Assembly (NCBI GenBank): GCA_016193315.1
Contig: JACPSJ010000001.1
Location: 91,981-155,980 of the forward strand
Reading direction: 5' to 3'
From: Candidatus Kerfeldbacteria bacterium
GTDB lineage: Bacteria; Patescibacteriota; Patescibacteriia; SBBC01; CAIJZX01
DNA length: 64,000 nt
This document shows, piece after piece, positions 55,799-64,000 of this stretch. A program made the translations under genes and the position numbers. Numbering within the stretch: the first letter of the stretch is position 1; each line of letters opens with the position of its first letter. The notes under the pieces were generated by a model, which was not told the DNA's origin, made no database searches, and saw nothing but the letters and a program-made list of their open reading frames with translations.

Positions 55799-56332
55799 TT
55801 AGGGCTCGGGGTGCGGGAGCGCCACGATGACCATCGGCGTGTCGCGCCGAACGCGGAAGGCATGGGCTTCGGCGTCGGTCGGCAGCCAGACGTCAGCGTA
55901 CTCATCGCCGTAGCGTTCGTTCATCCGGTCTTCGACCGTGAAGGTTTGGTTACCGAAGACTTCGGGCAGACGGACAACGGTCCCAAAGGGCAGACCATTA
56001 TGGGCCAGCGTCCCGAAGCGAGGCCGCGAGCCGGAAGCGGTTATCCACGGCGTGCTGTCGGTGTGTTGCGGGACCGAGGCGTAGGCCGTCAGCTGGACGG
56101 TGATAGTATGCCCCACAAACCAATAGCCCGAGTTCCGGCTGACTGCCATCCGGTATGATGCTGGCAGGACTCGTCTGGCCCAGACCGGCCGTGAGCCAGG
56201 CGTCGGGAAGAGCGAGAAGACTGCGGAGGTGGCCTGGGCCGGCGCCGCCGGTTCGGCTCGCAGTCCAGTAGCATGCGACCAGCCGATGATCAGCCAGATT
56301 GCTATCAGCCACCACGATCGTTGGAAGTTCAC
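55799..56332 (-). CDS. 3D-domain (MltA/YuiC-like) cell-wall-associated protein
   Basis: 177 aa. Signal/TM N-terminus; ITASG...GTLAHN.LPFGTVVRLP...FTVEDR pattern of the 3D domain. Confidence 0.6.
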   Translation of the reverse strand: MNFQRSWWLIAIWLIIGWSHATGLRAEPAAPAQATSAVFSLFPTPGSRPVWARRVLPASYRMAVSRNSGYWFVGHTITVQLTAYASVPQHTDSTPWITASGSRPRFGTLAHNGLPFGTVVRLPEVFGNQTFTVEDRMNERYGDEYADVWLPTDAEAHAFRVRRDTPMVIVALPHPEP

Positions 56333-56431
56333 ACTACCTCCTAAGTTTGTCGGCGGCGGCCGACGAGCAAATGGAAGGAACGGCCAATGATCTGGCCATG
56401 GTAGCGGAGATGCCGGCCGACGTCAACTACA

Positions 56432-57358
56432 CTACGAGGCCGCCCCTGGCGACGATTCAACTTCGGCCAGCGCCCGGTCAACCTGTTCCCCTGGCTCGCG
56501 CAGTGGACCGGTGTAGGCCAGCTTCAAGCTGGCGGCCATGGCCGCGAACTTTCCGGCCCGCAAGACATTGTCCGTTCGCGACCGTTCAGCCAGATAGGCG
56601 CCGAGATAGGTATCGCCCGCGCCGGTCGGGTCAACGAGTTTCGTTGGCGGGTAGGCCGGCAGATCATAGCCCTCATTCGTTTCGGCCTGATAAATGAATG
56701 AGCCGCGACTACCGGCAGTGATGATTACTTCGTTTGGCCCTTGTTCGCTGAAGGCGCGGGCCAATGACAAGAAACTCTCGCCGCGTTGGAGCGGAATAGC
56801 CACCTCTTCGGCCGAGACCGCGACCGTGGTCATCGGCCGGAGGTATTGTTCTTGCTCCGGCCAAGGGTCACGAGGTGCCAACCGACCTTCAGCGCTGGCG
56901 GCCCGCAAGGCGTTGCCCAGGTCCCCGACCAGGCTGACTCCGATCGTATTGCTGAAATAGTCGAGCAGTTCCGAAGAGATTTGCTGCCAAGCGCTTGGTG
57001 CCAGGACAACCTGATCGCTGGCTTCGATCGCTTGACGCATGCCGGCATTGAAATCAGCCGGACTAAAGACTTTGGAATCGAAGTGAGTAGTGGCTTCGAC
57101 TTGATCGCCACGGTGAACGTTGCTATTGACTGTCCCGGTCGGGACGGAAATGACGTGGATGCCGAGCGGGTAATCCTGGAGGGTCAGGAGGAGTTTGGCG
57201 TCGGCGCTTGGTAACCAGGTAATGAGATCAGTTTCGATCCCGCCGCGACTGAGCGCGGCCGCGGCATAGAAACCTTTGCCGCCAACAGTTTCGACTACCT
57301 GCCCCGACGGTAGTATATTACGATCACGACTGACGAATCCGATGACCGTGACTCGCAT
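56432..57358 (-). CDS. PfkB-family carbohydrate kinase (ribokinase-like)
   Basis: 308 aa. N-terminal GG motif (VGGKGF) and C-terminal DPTGAGDTY anion-hole motif. Confidence 0.8.
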   Translation of the reverse strand: MRVTVIGFVSRDRNILPSGQVVETVGGKGFYAAAALSRGGIETDLITWLPSADAKLLLTLQDYPLGIHVISVPTGTVNSNVHRGDQVEATTHFDSKVFSPADFNAGMRQAIEASDQVVLAPSAWQQISSELLDYFSNTIGVSLVGDLGNALRAASAEGRLAPRDPWPEQEQYLRPMTTVAVSAEEVAIPLQRGESFLSLARAFSEQGPNEVIITAGSRGSFIYQAETNEGYDLPAYPPTKLVDPTGAGDTYLGAYLAERSRTDNVLRAGKFAAMAASLKLAYTGPLREPGEQVDRALAEVESSPGAAS

Positions 57359-57361
57359 CGG

Positions 57362-57991
57362 CTATGGTTGGCGACGAAAGAACCTGAGGCGCTGCCACAG
57401 ACTCCGACGCCGCTCCGGCGTTCGGAGCAGGTGAACGAGGCCAGGCAACATAGACAAGATGATGATGAGCGCAATGATCGGCAGCAAGAAACGATCAATG
57501 TTGGCCACTCGTCCGCCGAGCCAGTAGCCGGCCCAGGTCAGCCCGACGACCCACAATAGGCCGCCAATGAGGTTGTAGATCATGAATCGACCGTAGTCCA
57601 TGCGTCCTACCCCGGCCACAATCGGGGCGAAGGTACGAACAATGGGGATAAATCGGGCCAAGATGATCGTCTTGCCGCCGTGCTGTTCGTAGAACCGTTC
57701 GGCCCGCTCAAGATTTTCATGCTTGAACAATCGAGAATCCGGGCGGCGGAATAAGCTGCGGCCAAAGCGATGGCCGATCCAATAACCGACGGCCACCCCG
57801 ACCACGGCCGCCAGGAAAAGTGTGACTACCAGAATCCAGATATTGAAATATCCCTGGGCGGCCAGAAATCCGGCGGTGAACAGTAAGCTGTCGCCGGGGA
57901 GAAAGAAACCGATCAGCAGGCCGTTTTCGGCAAAGACGATGGCCGCGATGCCGAGGAGGCCGACAGCCTGTACAATCGCCTCGATGTTCAT
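57362..57991 (-). CDS. DedA-family (SNARE-associated) membrane protein
   Basis: 209 aa. FAENGLLIGFFLPGDSLL motif. Confidence 0.8.
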   Translation of the reverse strand: MNIEAIVQAVGLLGIAAIVFAENGLLIGFFLPGDSLLFTAGFLAAQGYFNIWILVVTLFLAAVVGVAVGYWIGHRFGRSLFRRPDSRLFKHENLERAERFYEQHGGKTIILARFIPIVRTFAPIVAGVGRMDYGRFMIYNLIGGLLWVVGLTWAGYWLGGRVANIDRFLLPIIALIIILSMLPGLVHLLRTPERRRSLWQRLRFFRRQP

Positions 57992-58018
57992 GATCGACGG
58001 ACAATCATGGCGGCGGAG

Positions 58019-58357
58019 TCAACGCTTCGTCAATCGATCGATTTTCGCCGCCAGGATAAAATCATTCTCATGCAGCCCACCAATAGCATGCGTCCAGTTT
58101 TCGACCCGGACTTTGTTCCAGTGGATATGGAGATCAGGATGGTGCCCTTCGGTCTCGGCGACATCCCTCACCTTGTTAACAAAGGCGATCGAGTCAGCAA
58201 AATCCTTGAACGTGAATGATTTGGCCAATGATGGATGATGATCGACCGTCGTTACTTCCCAGCCGGACACTTGTGGTTTCAGCCGCTCAATCTGTTCGGG
58301 CGTCAATGGCGGTTCGCCGCCTTCGCATGGAACGCACCGTTTCTTGTGCAGTTCCAT
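58019..58357 (-). CDS. phhB: pterin-4a-carbinolamine dehydratase (PCD/DCoH)
   Basis: 112 aa. EGHHPDLHIHWNKVRVENWTH signature. Confidence 0.8.
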   Translation of the reverse strand: MELHKKRCVPCEGGEPPLTPEQIERLKPQVSGWEVTTVDHHPSLAKSFTFKDFADSIAFVNKVRDVAETEGHHPDLHIHWNKVRVENWTHAIGGLHENDFILAAKIDRLTKR

Positions 58358-58361
58358 CTGT

Positions 58362-59087
58362 CTAGTAGCCGGTGAACGATTCGAGCTTGACGCTGTCCCG
58401 TTTGACGCCAGCGTCGATTAACGTCTGTCGCATGGCCCCAACCATCGCCGGCGGGCCGGCCAGGTAAAAGATCGGTTTCGTGAAGTCACCGACCTGTTTC
58501 TGAAGCATTGCGGCGTCGATTTTCCCGGTCAGGAATTGCCACCCGGCTGGCTGTTCGTCAGTCAGCGTCGGCAAATAGCGGAAATTCGGACTGGTCTTTG
58601 ACCACTCGACGAACTCGTCATGAAACGCCGTGAGGGCCAAAGTCCGATTCGAGTAGAACAAAAGGATCTCGTGGGGCAGGCGCTGGTGCCCAGCCCATTC
58701 GACCATGCTGCGGAATGGGGTGATGCCAATGCCACCAGCCAGGAACACCGCCGGTCGGTTGGTATCCTCATGGAGCACCATGTTACCGTTCGGCCCCACA
58801 ACTCGCAGCGCCGTGCCAAGCGGCAGTGCACGGAGAGTATTCTTGTAGGCGCTCGACCGCATCCGGGTGGCGACGATGAAATGGTCGGTCTGGTGTGGCG
58901 AACTGGCCAAGGAGAAGCTGTGCATAGTGTCTTGATTCGCGCCGCTGGCAGGGGCGCCGGGCAAATAGAGATCGATATTTTGGCCGGCCTCAAAGGTGAA
59001 ACCGGACAGGGCCGTGTCAAACCAAAACGCCGTGGTCCCCTCGGCCACGTCGCGACGATCTTTGAGGGGGAAGTGATAGGTGTTCAT
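58362..59087 (-). CDS. FNR-like FAD/NAD(P)-binding oxidoreductase
   Basis: 241 aa. FAD-binding HSFSLASSP (RxYS-like); NAD-binding LAGGIGITP. Confidence 0.75.
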   Translation of the reverse strand: MNTYHFPLKDRRDVAEGTTAFWFDTALSGFTFEAGQNIDLYLPGAPASGANQDTMHSFSLASSPHQTDHFIVATRMRSSAYKNTLRALPLGTALRVVGPNGNMVLHEDTNRPAVFLAGGIGITPFRSMVEWAGHQRLPHEILLFYSNRTLALTAFHDEFVEWSKTSPNFRYLPTLTDEQPAGWQFLTGKIDAAMLQKQVGDFTKPIFYLAGPPAMVGAMRQTLIDAGVKRDSVKLESFTGY

Positions 59088-59797
59088 CGACCCCTATTTT
59101 TCTTGAGCCAACGGCGGAATGAAATAGGCCAATGACGCTCAGCTTGTTTGTACCAGGCAGCTACTGCTGCGGCCTGACGCTTCCCGCCACGCTGGCGGAG
59201 GAAAAGAAGTCGCTCACGGAAGAACTGATGGTGCTCCGGCATGCGCTGTGGGTAACGCCGAGCCCATTGATCAACGGCCAAAGCAATTGTTTCTTTGCGG
59301 GAGATAGTTTGTGGTTGAAGGTAACGATTCGCCGACACATCAAAGTCGATCGGTTGCACTTTCAACCGGACTTGTCGGCCGAATACTTTCGGCGCTAGAG
59401 ATTTGACTCTTAATACTCTTGTCTGCTCGCAAAAAATAACCAAATCAACCCGGCCCGGCCCAACCAGCTTTTGAGAAAAAAGAAAGTTTTCCAGGGTAGA
59501 AATACTTTTCGTTTCGGTCTTCATGCGCCAACTTCGAGTCAGATGCCGCAGAAACGAACGCCCAGCCAGGCCAGTAAAGGCCTTGGCCATCTCCTGTCCT
59601 TCGGTTCGTCGATATGGTGGCCAGCAGTCGGTGTGTCCGCCGGACAAAATGATCAGTGGCCGCCGGATCTTCTGCTCGAGACAAGTCGAATAAATGGCGT
59701 TGAACGCAGCTCGCAGGTAGAGTTGGTAATTAAAATCGAGCCGGATATCTTTCGGCACGCCATAGCCGTTGATCAGGAAAACGTGTTTCATGACCAC
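59084..59797 (-). CDS. DUF218 (YdcF/ElyC-like) domain protein (second paralog)
   Basis: 237 aa. LIILSGG pattern. ATGA overlap with the upstream gene. Confidence 0.55.
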   Translation of the reverse strand: MVMKHVFLINGYGVPKDIRLDFNYQLYLRAAFNAIYSTCLEQKIRRPLIILSGGHTDCWPPYRRTEGQEMAKAFTGLAGRSFLRHLTRSWRMKTETKSISTLENFLFSQKLVGPGRVDLVIFCEQTRVLRVKSLAPKVFGRQVRLKVQPIDFDVSANRYLQPQTISRKETIALAVDQWARRYPQRMPEHHQFFRERLLFLRQRGGKRQAAAVAAWYKQAERHWPISFRRWLKKNRGR

Positions 59798-59942
59798 AGA
59801 GTATCAGAAAATACCCCGCGTATCAAGGCATCTAGACCCACAGAATTGCCTAATGAAGTATTCATACTTCGCTGCCTCAAGTCGCCCGCCACAGCGTCTG
59901 CCCGACTGAACCAACAAACCCAAACATGGTACACTTTCAGAC

Positions 59943-62309
59943 GTGACCACACCAACTACTAGCATCTTGCTGATTGCATCCGGCATCCTGGCCGCTTCCG
60001 TTTCCGTGGTGTGGGTACTGGTCGGCCAGAAACAAGAACGCCCTCGGTCGGCGGTAAACAGTAACACCGAAGTTCTGCCCGGGCCGCTGGCTGACTACCT
60101 GGCCGCCAGGAAATGTGGCAATGCTGGTTGCGAGATTGGTGAAAACACAACCAACTGTTCGTCCGACTGCCCAGCGGTGTTGATCCGCGCCGATCAATGG
60201 ACCCAGGTGAACGGCCCGTTCGGCGGCTTGATTACTGATCTGGAAAAGGTCGGCGATCGAATGTGGGCGGCCACGTCGTACTCATACGCTCTCGGTGGCA
60301 ACGGCGTCTATGAGATGGCTGGCGATTTAGCTTGGAAATCGGCCGGTGGATTTGGAAGGAGTATTGAGGATGTGGCCGTCGACCTGACCGATTCCAGAAA
60401 CGTTGCTTTCGTGGCCACACCAGACCTCACGCATCCAAACCTAGAAGACGGATTATCTGTCACTTGGGATGGCGGAGTCAGTTGGCAGGAACCTGACTTC
60501 AGCGAAGGGCATGCCACGGCCATGGCCATGAGTCGAGCCGACTCCAATCTGATCTTCGTCGGCATGAAAGATGCGGGTCAGGCCCAAGTTTTCATGTCTG
60601 AGGATGATGGGAAAAACTGGCGGGGATTGACGCCACTGCCGGCCACGGACTGGAGCGTTCGTCCGATCTGGGCTGGCATCACTGATGAGGACAGCAGTCG
60701 AATCACTGTTATTGCTCCCGACCCAGCCGATGACAACGTCCTGTTCGTAGGTACAAATTCAGCGCTCTTCAAAAGCTCAGATCAGGGACAGAGCTGGCGC
60801 CGGGTTGATAGCACTTTCCATCGGACTGACATTCTCGATATTAAGATCAACGCGCAAGAACCAGGCGAGGTCTACGTTCGCGTGGGCGTGTTCGAGGAAC
60901 AGACCTGCATGGGAATTGCCGGGATGGAGGATCGACAAAAGGCGAATGAGATCGGGAGAGCCAAGTGCGCCGGCATCTACAAAAGCGACGACCTCGGCGA
61001 GACGTGGCAGCAACTTGAGGCATCTTATTTCGATCCTTCGGAAGGCGGGGTCTTTATTGATGAACACAATCCGAATATCGCCTACGCCATTTTTTCTCGC
61101 CAGATTCTCAAAACCGTGGATGGCGGCCGTCGGTGGGAAGAGTTCTTCTGGACCCATGATCAGGAATTCATCCCGAACGTCGGCGTCGAGCGGCTGGTGG
61201 TCGGGAGAAACAGCCGCGAAGTATTCATCGCCGGTCGGCAGGGGTTGTGGCAAACCACTGACGCCGGTCAACACTGGGAGGAGCGGAACAAAGGCTTCAT
61301 TGGCAGCGAGGTGGTTGATATCGTCAAGGCCAGCGACGGCGCACTCTACGCCGGGACGTACACCTTGGGCATTTTCAAGAGCACCGACGCCGGCATGAAT
61401 TGGACTTTTTCTTCGTACCAACTGGAGAATCCATACTTGATGTTGCTGGCGCCGCACCCGACCGACCCGGCCACGATTTTTGCGACTACGAATGGCGGCG
61501 TTTACGCCAGTCGCAATCGAGGCTTAACCTGGCAGCGGGTGGATGAAAGGTTTTTCGGTCGTTCAGCAGTCTTGCCGGGCGTGGCCCACTTCCACGGCAT
61601 TGCTTTCGACCCGCACGACCCCAAGCGGATCTACCTCGGTGGCGGCGGCGATCAATACACTCCCATCAGGGGCGGTGGCATGTCGCTTAGTCAGGACGGC
61701 GGTCGGACCTGGCGGCAGTCGAATCGCGGTTTTGAAACCGACGTTCATGTCAGCAAGATCGTAGTTGACCCGAACAATTCCGCCATCGTGTACGCTACCA
61801 CCCAAGGGCCAACCAATTTTCAGGAAAAGACCGGCAGTGGACACGGCGTTTTCAGAAGCACGGATTACGGTGCCACGTGGACGAAAATCAACCAGGGTCT
61901 GGAAACCGTTGAGACCAACACCCTGGCCCTGGACCCGAACGGTCAAAACGCGCTTTACCTAGGCACCGATGATGACGGAGTGTACAAGAGTGTCAATGGC
62001 GGTGGCTCGTGGCAGAAGATTAAGATCCCGCAGCTGCCAGACAGCTACGGAGTCGGCGATATCATCGTGGATCCCCGCAACAGTCAGGTCGTGTACGTGG
62101 CCACGGTTGACTATTTCCGATTGGCGGAGAGTCGCGGCGTGGTCGGCGACTACGGAGTCTACATCAGTCAGGACGGCGGCGCGACCTGGCAATCGTTCAA
62201 CGACGGACTCAAACATGTCGGCGCCTTTAGTCTCGAACTTGACGCCGAAAAAAGGATTCTCTACGTTGGCACCCGTGGCGGCGGGGTGTATTGGCGGAAG
62301 ATACAATAG
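59943..62309 (+). CDS. membrane-anchored BNR/Asp-box repeat protein (sortilin/VPS10- or GH74-like double beta-propeller)
   Basis: 788 aa. N-terminal TM; about 11 SxDxGxTW Asp-box repeats (SEDDGKNW, SSDQGQSW, SDDLGETW, TVDGGRRW, TTDAGQHW, STDAGMNW, SQDGGRTW, STDYGATW, SVNGGGSW, SQDGGATW...). Confidence 0.75.
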   Translation: MTTPTTSILLIASGILAASVSVVWVLVGQKQERPRSAVNSNTEVLPGPLADYLAARKCGNAGCEIGENTTNCSSDCPAVLIRADQWTQVNGPFGGLITDLEKVGDRMWAATSYSYALGGNGVYEMAGDLAWKSAGGFGRSIEDVAVDLTDSRNVAFVATPDLTHPNLEDGLSVTWDGGVSWQEPDFSEGHATAMAMSRADSNLIFVGMKDAGQAQVFMSEDDGKNWRGLTPLPATDWSVRPIWAGITDEDSSRITVIAPDPADDNVLFVGTNSALFKSSDQGQSWRRVDSTFHRTDILDIKINAQEPGEVYVRVGVFEEQTCMGIAGMEDRQKANEIGRAKCAGIYKSDDLGETWQQLEASYFDPSEGGVFIDEHNPNIAYAIFSRQILKTVDGGRRWEEFFWTHDQEFIPNVGVERLVVGRNSREVFIAGRQGLWQTTDAGQHWEERNKGFIGSEVVDIVKASDGALYAGTYTLGIFKSTDAGMNWTFSSYQLENPYLMLLAPHPTDPATIFATTNGGVYASRNRGLTWQRVDERFFGRSAVLPGVAHFHGIAFDPHDPKRIYLGGGGDQYTPIRGGGMSLSQDGGRTWRQSNRGFETDVHVSKIVVDPNNSAIVYATTQGPTNFQEKTGSGHGVFRSTDYGATWTKINQGLETVETNTLALDPNGQNALYLGTDDDGVYKSVNGGGSWQKIKIPQLPDSYGVGDIIVDPRNSQVVYVATVDYFRLAESRGVVGDYGVYISQDGGATWQSFNDGLKHVGAFSLELDAEKRILYVGTRGGGVYWRKIQ

Positions 62310-62473
62310 CGCCGCCACGACTGCCGTCAGGACGAAATAGGATATGTCTTGGTCTTTTTTGGAACAGGTAGCCCGCTTAGGCGACCGCTTCGGTGCGAAG
62401 CGGCATCAACTTGTCCGGCCTCGAAAAAACACTTATGATGTTTAGCGAGAAAGTCGACTCTCTCCTTGGAGCA

Positions 62474-62520
62474 GGTATCGTATAATGGTAATACCTCAGC
62501 TTTCTCCCGCTCATTATTTC
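62474..62520 (+). pseudogene. internally deleted tRNA-Gly-like remnant (D arm + anticodon 5' stem fused to 3' acceptor-like TCCCGCTC)
   Basis: GCAGGTATCGTATAATGGTAATACCTCAGCTTTC|TCCCGCTC parallels tRNA-Gly(TCC) at 62567, with the anticodon-loop-to-T-arm portion missing. Confidence 0.45.
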
Positions 62521-62566
62521 TCTAAACAAAACTGGCGAGATCCCGCAAGACGAATGCGGCTCGCGA

Positions 62567-62637
62567 GCGGGTATCGTATATCGGTATTACCTCAGCTTTC
62601 CAAGCTGATGAGAGGGGTTCGACTCCCCTTACCCGCT
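62567..62637 (+). tRNA. tRNA-Gly (anticodon TCC)
   Basis: Acceptor GCGGGTA/TACCCGC, discriminator U. Anticodon stem TCAGC/GCTGA, loop TTTCCAA. T arm AGGGG-TTCGACT-CCCCT. Confidence 0.85.
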
Positions 62638-62849
62638 CGGGGGCTACAGGCAGCAGCGGGATCCTCGCCGCCAGACGGCCCCGTGCCTCGGCTCGTCGCC
62701 GCCGGACAAGCTGATGCCGCCCCGCACCAGTCCCCGATTCATTCGGGGTTCGGTGCGGGGCTCCCTGCTTTCAGGAGAGATTTAGTTTCGCGGCCGGATC
62801 CCGCCAGGATTATTGTAATTGACGAGGAGCTGGAGAAAGCTGACGGTGA

Positions 62850-63215
62850 TTATTTCTTGTATCGTCGCTCGTTAGTTCGATAGCCGGTATCTTCGGCCCA
62901 AAACAAGAATAGTCTTTTCTTGAAACCACCCTTACGCACAAAAGCCTTTCGTTGTTCCGACTTAATCTGCCGTTCAGAAATTTTGAAAGTCCGCTTGATG
63001 GCGTTGATAACATCGATAGTATCCGCCAACTCACTGGCCATCTCTCGTTTGGACCGCAAGCGGGGCAAACTGCTAGCTTCTTCCCCGACTTTCTTCAGCA
63101 GCTCGCGCTGGTAGGACTTCAGGTCGAGTCTCTTGACTCGAAACGCCGCGCCGTTTTTTTTCATCACCAGCGGCACCCGGTCTCGAATGAGCTTGTGATA
63201 GTAGATTTTTTTCAT
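62850..63215 (-). CDS. putative all-alpha NTP pyrophosphohydrolase (MazG/HisE-like), weak
   Basis: 121 aa. The KLIRDRVP...EELADTIDVINAI pattern is reminiscent of MazG-like house-cleaning enzymes. Low specificity. Confidence 0.4.
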   Translation of the reverse strand: MKKIYYHKLIRDRVPLVMKKNGAAFRVKRLDLKSYQRELLKKVGEEASSLPRLRSKREMASELADTIDVINAIKRTFKISERQIKSEQRKAFVRKGGFKKRLFLFWAEDTGYRTNERRYKK

Positions 63216-63296
63216 CGTCTACGTTGGCTCAGCAAACGCATTGTACTACAGACAACGAAATAATCAATGGATTGTATCGGCCGACATTAAGAAAAG

Positions 63297-63749
63297 CTAA
63301 TTATTCCGCTCAGGCCAACTCGACACCGGTTCATTGACCGTGTATAACCAAACGAAAAGGCCAGTCGGGCCGATGCTCTTGAACTGTTTTACCAAGATTT
63401 TTCGACGCTGGCGGTAGGACAGATGACGCAGTGAATGCAAGTATTTCTTGATACTGCCGTGTTCCGCCGCCAGTTTGAGGAATAGACCCGCATTGTCGAC
63501 AATGGCGGTGATTTTTCGCCCGTTCCGAATGATCGCCGGGTCTTTCAGCAGTCGGTCGATGTTATTGTCGGTCAAGGCCGCCACCCGGTGCAGATGAAAA
63601 CCATGAAAGGCGCGGTGGATATCCGGCCACTTTCGCTCGACGATCTTCCAGTTGAAACCAACTTGAAAAATCGCTTTAGCTAAAACCTCAAAATACTCGT
63701 CATTCGATCGAGGCGTGAACTTTTTAGGGATCAGGTAACCGCGAGGCAT
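63297..63749 (-). CDS. tag: DNA-3-methyladenine glycosylase I
   Basis: 150 aa. FEVLAKAIFQVGFNWKIV...IRNGRKITAIVDNA matches the Tag helix-hairpin-helix core. Confidence 0.75.
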   Translation of the reverse strand: MPRGYLIPKKFTPRSNDEYFEVLAKAIFQVGFNWKIVERKWPDIHRAFHGFHLHRVAALTDNNIDRLLKDPAIIRNGRKITAIVDNAGLFLKLAAEHGSIKKYLHSLRHLSYRQRRKILVKQFKSIGPTGLFVWLYTVNEPVSSWPERNN

Positions 63750-63753
63750 GTTC

Positions 63754-64000
63754 TTACGGCCGCCATAAATAGTGATTGAGTTCGACCCAAAAATTACCCT
63801 GGCGTTCGGCTACCTCCACCCCCTCTCGCCGCAGCAATTCTACCTGTACCGATTTTGGGGTGTGCATGTTTTCGATCGAAATCATCCCGTCCTTATTAAT
63901 TACCCGTTGCCACGGCACTTTGGTGTCCGGCTCGAGCGCCCGCAAGGCCCAGCCGACCACCCGGGCCGACCGTGGCGAGCCGATGAGGGCGGCAATTTGA
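63754..64000 (-). CDS. alkyltransferase-like (ATL) protein, MGMT DNA-binding domain with Trp replacing the active-site Cys (PWQRV); 5' end lies beyond the window
   Basis: The frame is open to the window edge (..IAALIGSPRSARVVGWALRALEPDTKVPWQRVINKDG..). The PCHRV motif is PWQRV, as in ATL proteins. Confidence 0.6.
   Translation of the reverse strand, partial: QIAALIGSPRSARVVGWALRALEPDTKVPWQRVINKDGMISIENMHTPKSVQVELLRREGVEVAERQGNFWVELNHYLWRP

Noticed and set aside
56299-57214. Several + strand ORFs (56299..56697, 56786..57214)
   Set aside because: Antisense to the PfkB kinase gene, which has strong motif support.

Overview
This 64-kb window is a chromosomal segment of a moderately GC-rich bacterium (about 55-60% GC by eye) with two clearly AT-rich patches. 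The gene content resembles an uncultivated small-genome lineage, possibly Patescibacteria/CPR-like: short IF-2, rny-ymdB pair, DUF559, pilin-like proteins, many small hypotheticals. No taxonomic assignment is possible from the sequence alone.

Supported content:
- About 60 CDS, mostly housekeeping: HU, YmdB-RNase Y, ClpP, NrnA-like DHH phosphoesterase, IF-2 with RbfA, NusA, H+-pyrophosphatase, trigger factor, endonuclease IV, RNase HII with YraN, glutamate dehydrogenase, thioredoxin, a family-4 UDG, and a Tag + alkyltransferase-like (ATL) pair beside a low-confidence MazG-like ORF.
- Seven intact tRNAs in three clusters: Arg-CCT, Ala-GGC, Ala-CGC; Cys-GCA, Gly-GCC, Leu-TAA; Gly-TCC. Two clusters carry degenerate partial tRNA copies. 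Cys and Gly are each bracketed by ~19-bp inverted repeats.
- Other annotated genes of note: an AbrB-type antitoxin/Doc toxin pair; an operon of three lysophospholipid-acyltransferase domains plus a PaaK-like adenylating enzyme and a Nudix hydrolase; a BoxB/PaaA-like diiron protein; two paralogous TrmB-like regulators; a CsoR-family regulator with a perfect palindromic operator and a leaderless start; bactofilin; rhomboid; a type IV pilin; a large BNR/Asp-box repeat surface protein.

Unexplained sequence structure most worth follow-up:
- A tandem array of three perfect 16-bp palindromes at exact 32-bp spacing, fused to a consensus promoter with no CDS downstream.
- tRNA-associated integration scars adjacent to AT-rich (foreign-looking) genes.
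- A recurrent promoter-proximal motif, CTAACGGGGTTGAC(A/T).
- Several families of GC-rich palindromic (REP-like) elements.
- Two ORF-poor regions, ~0.7 kb and 1.2 kb, that may encode structured RNAs.
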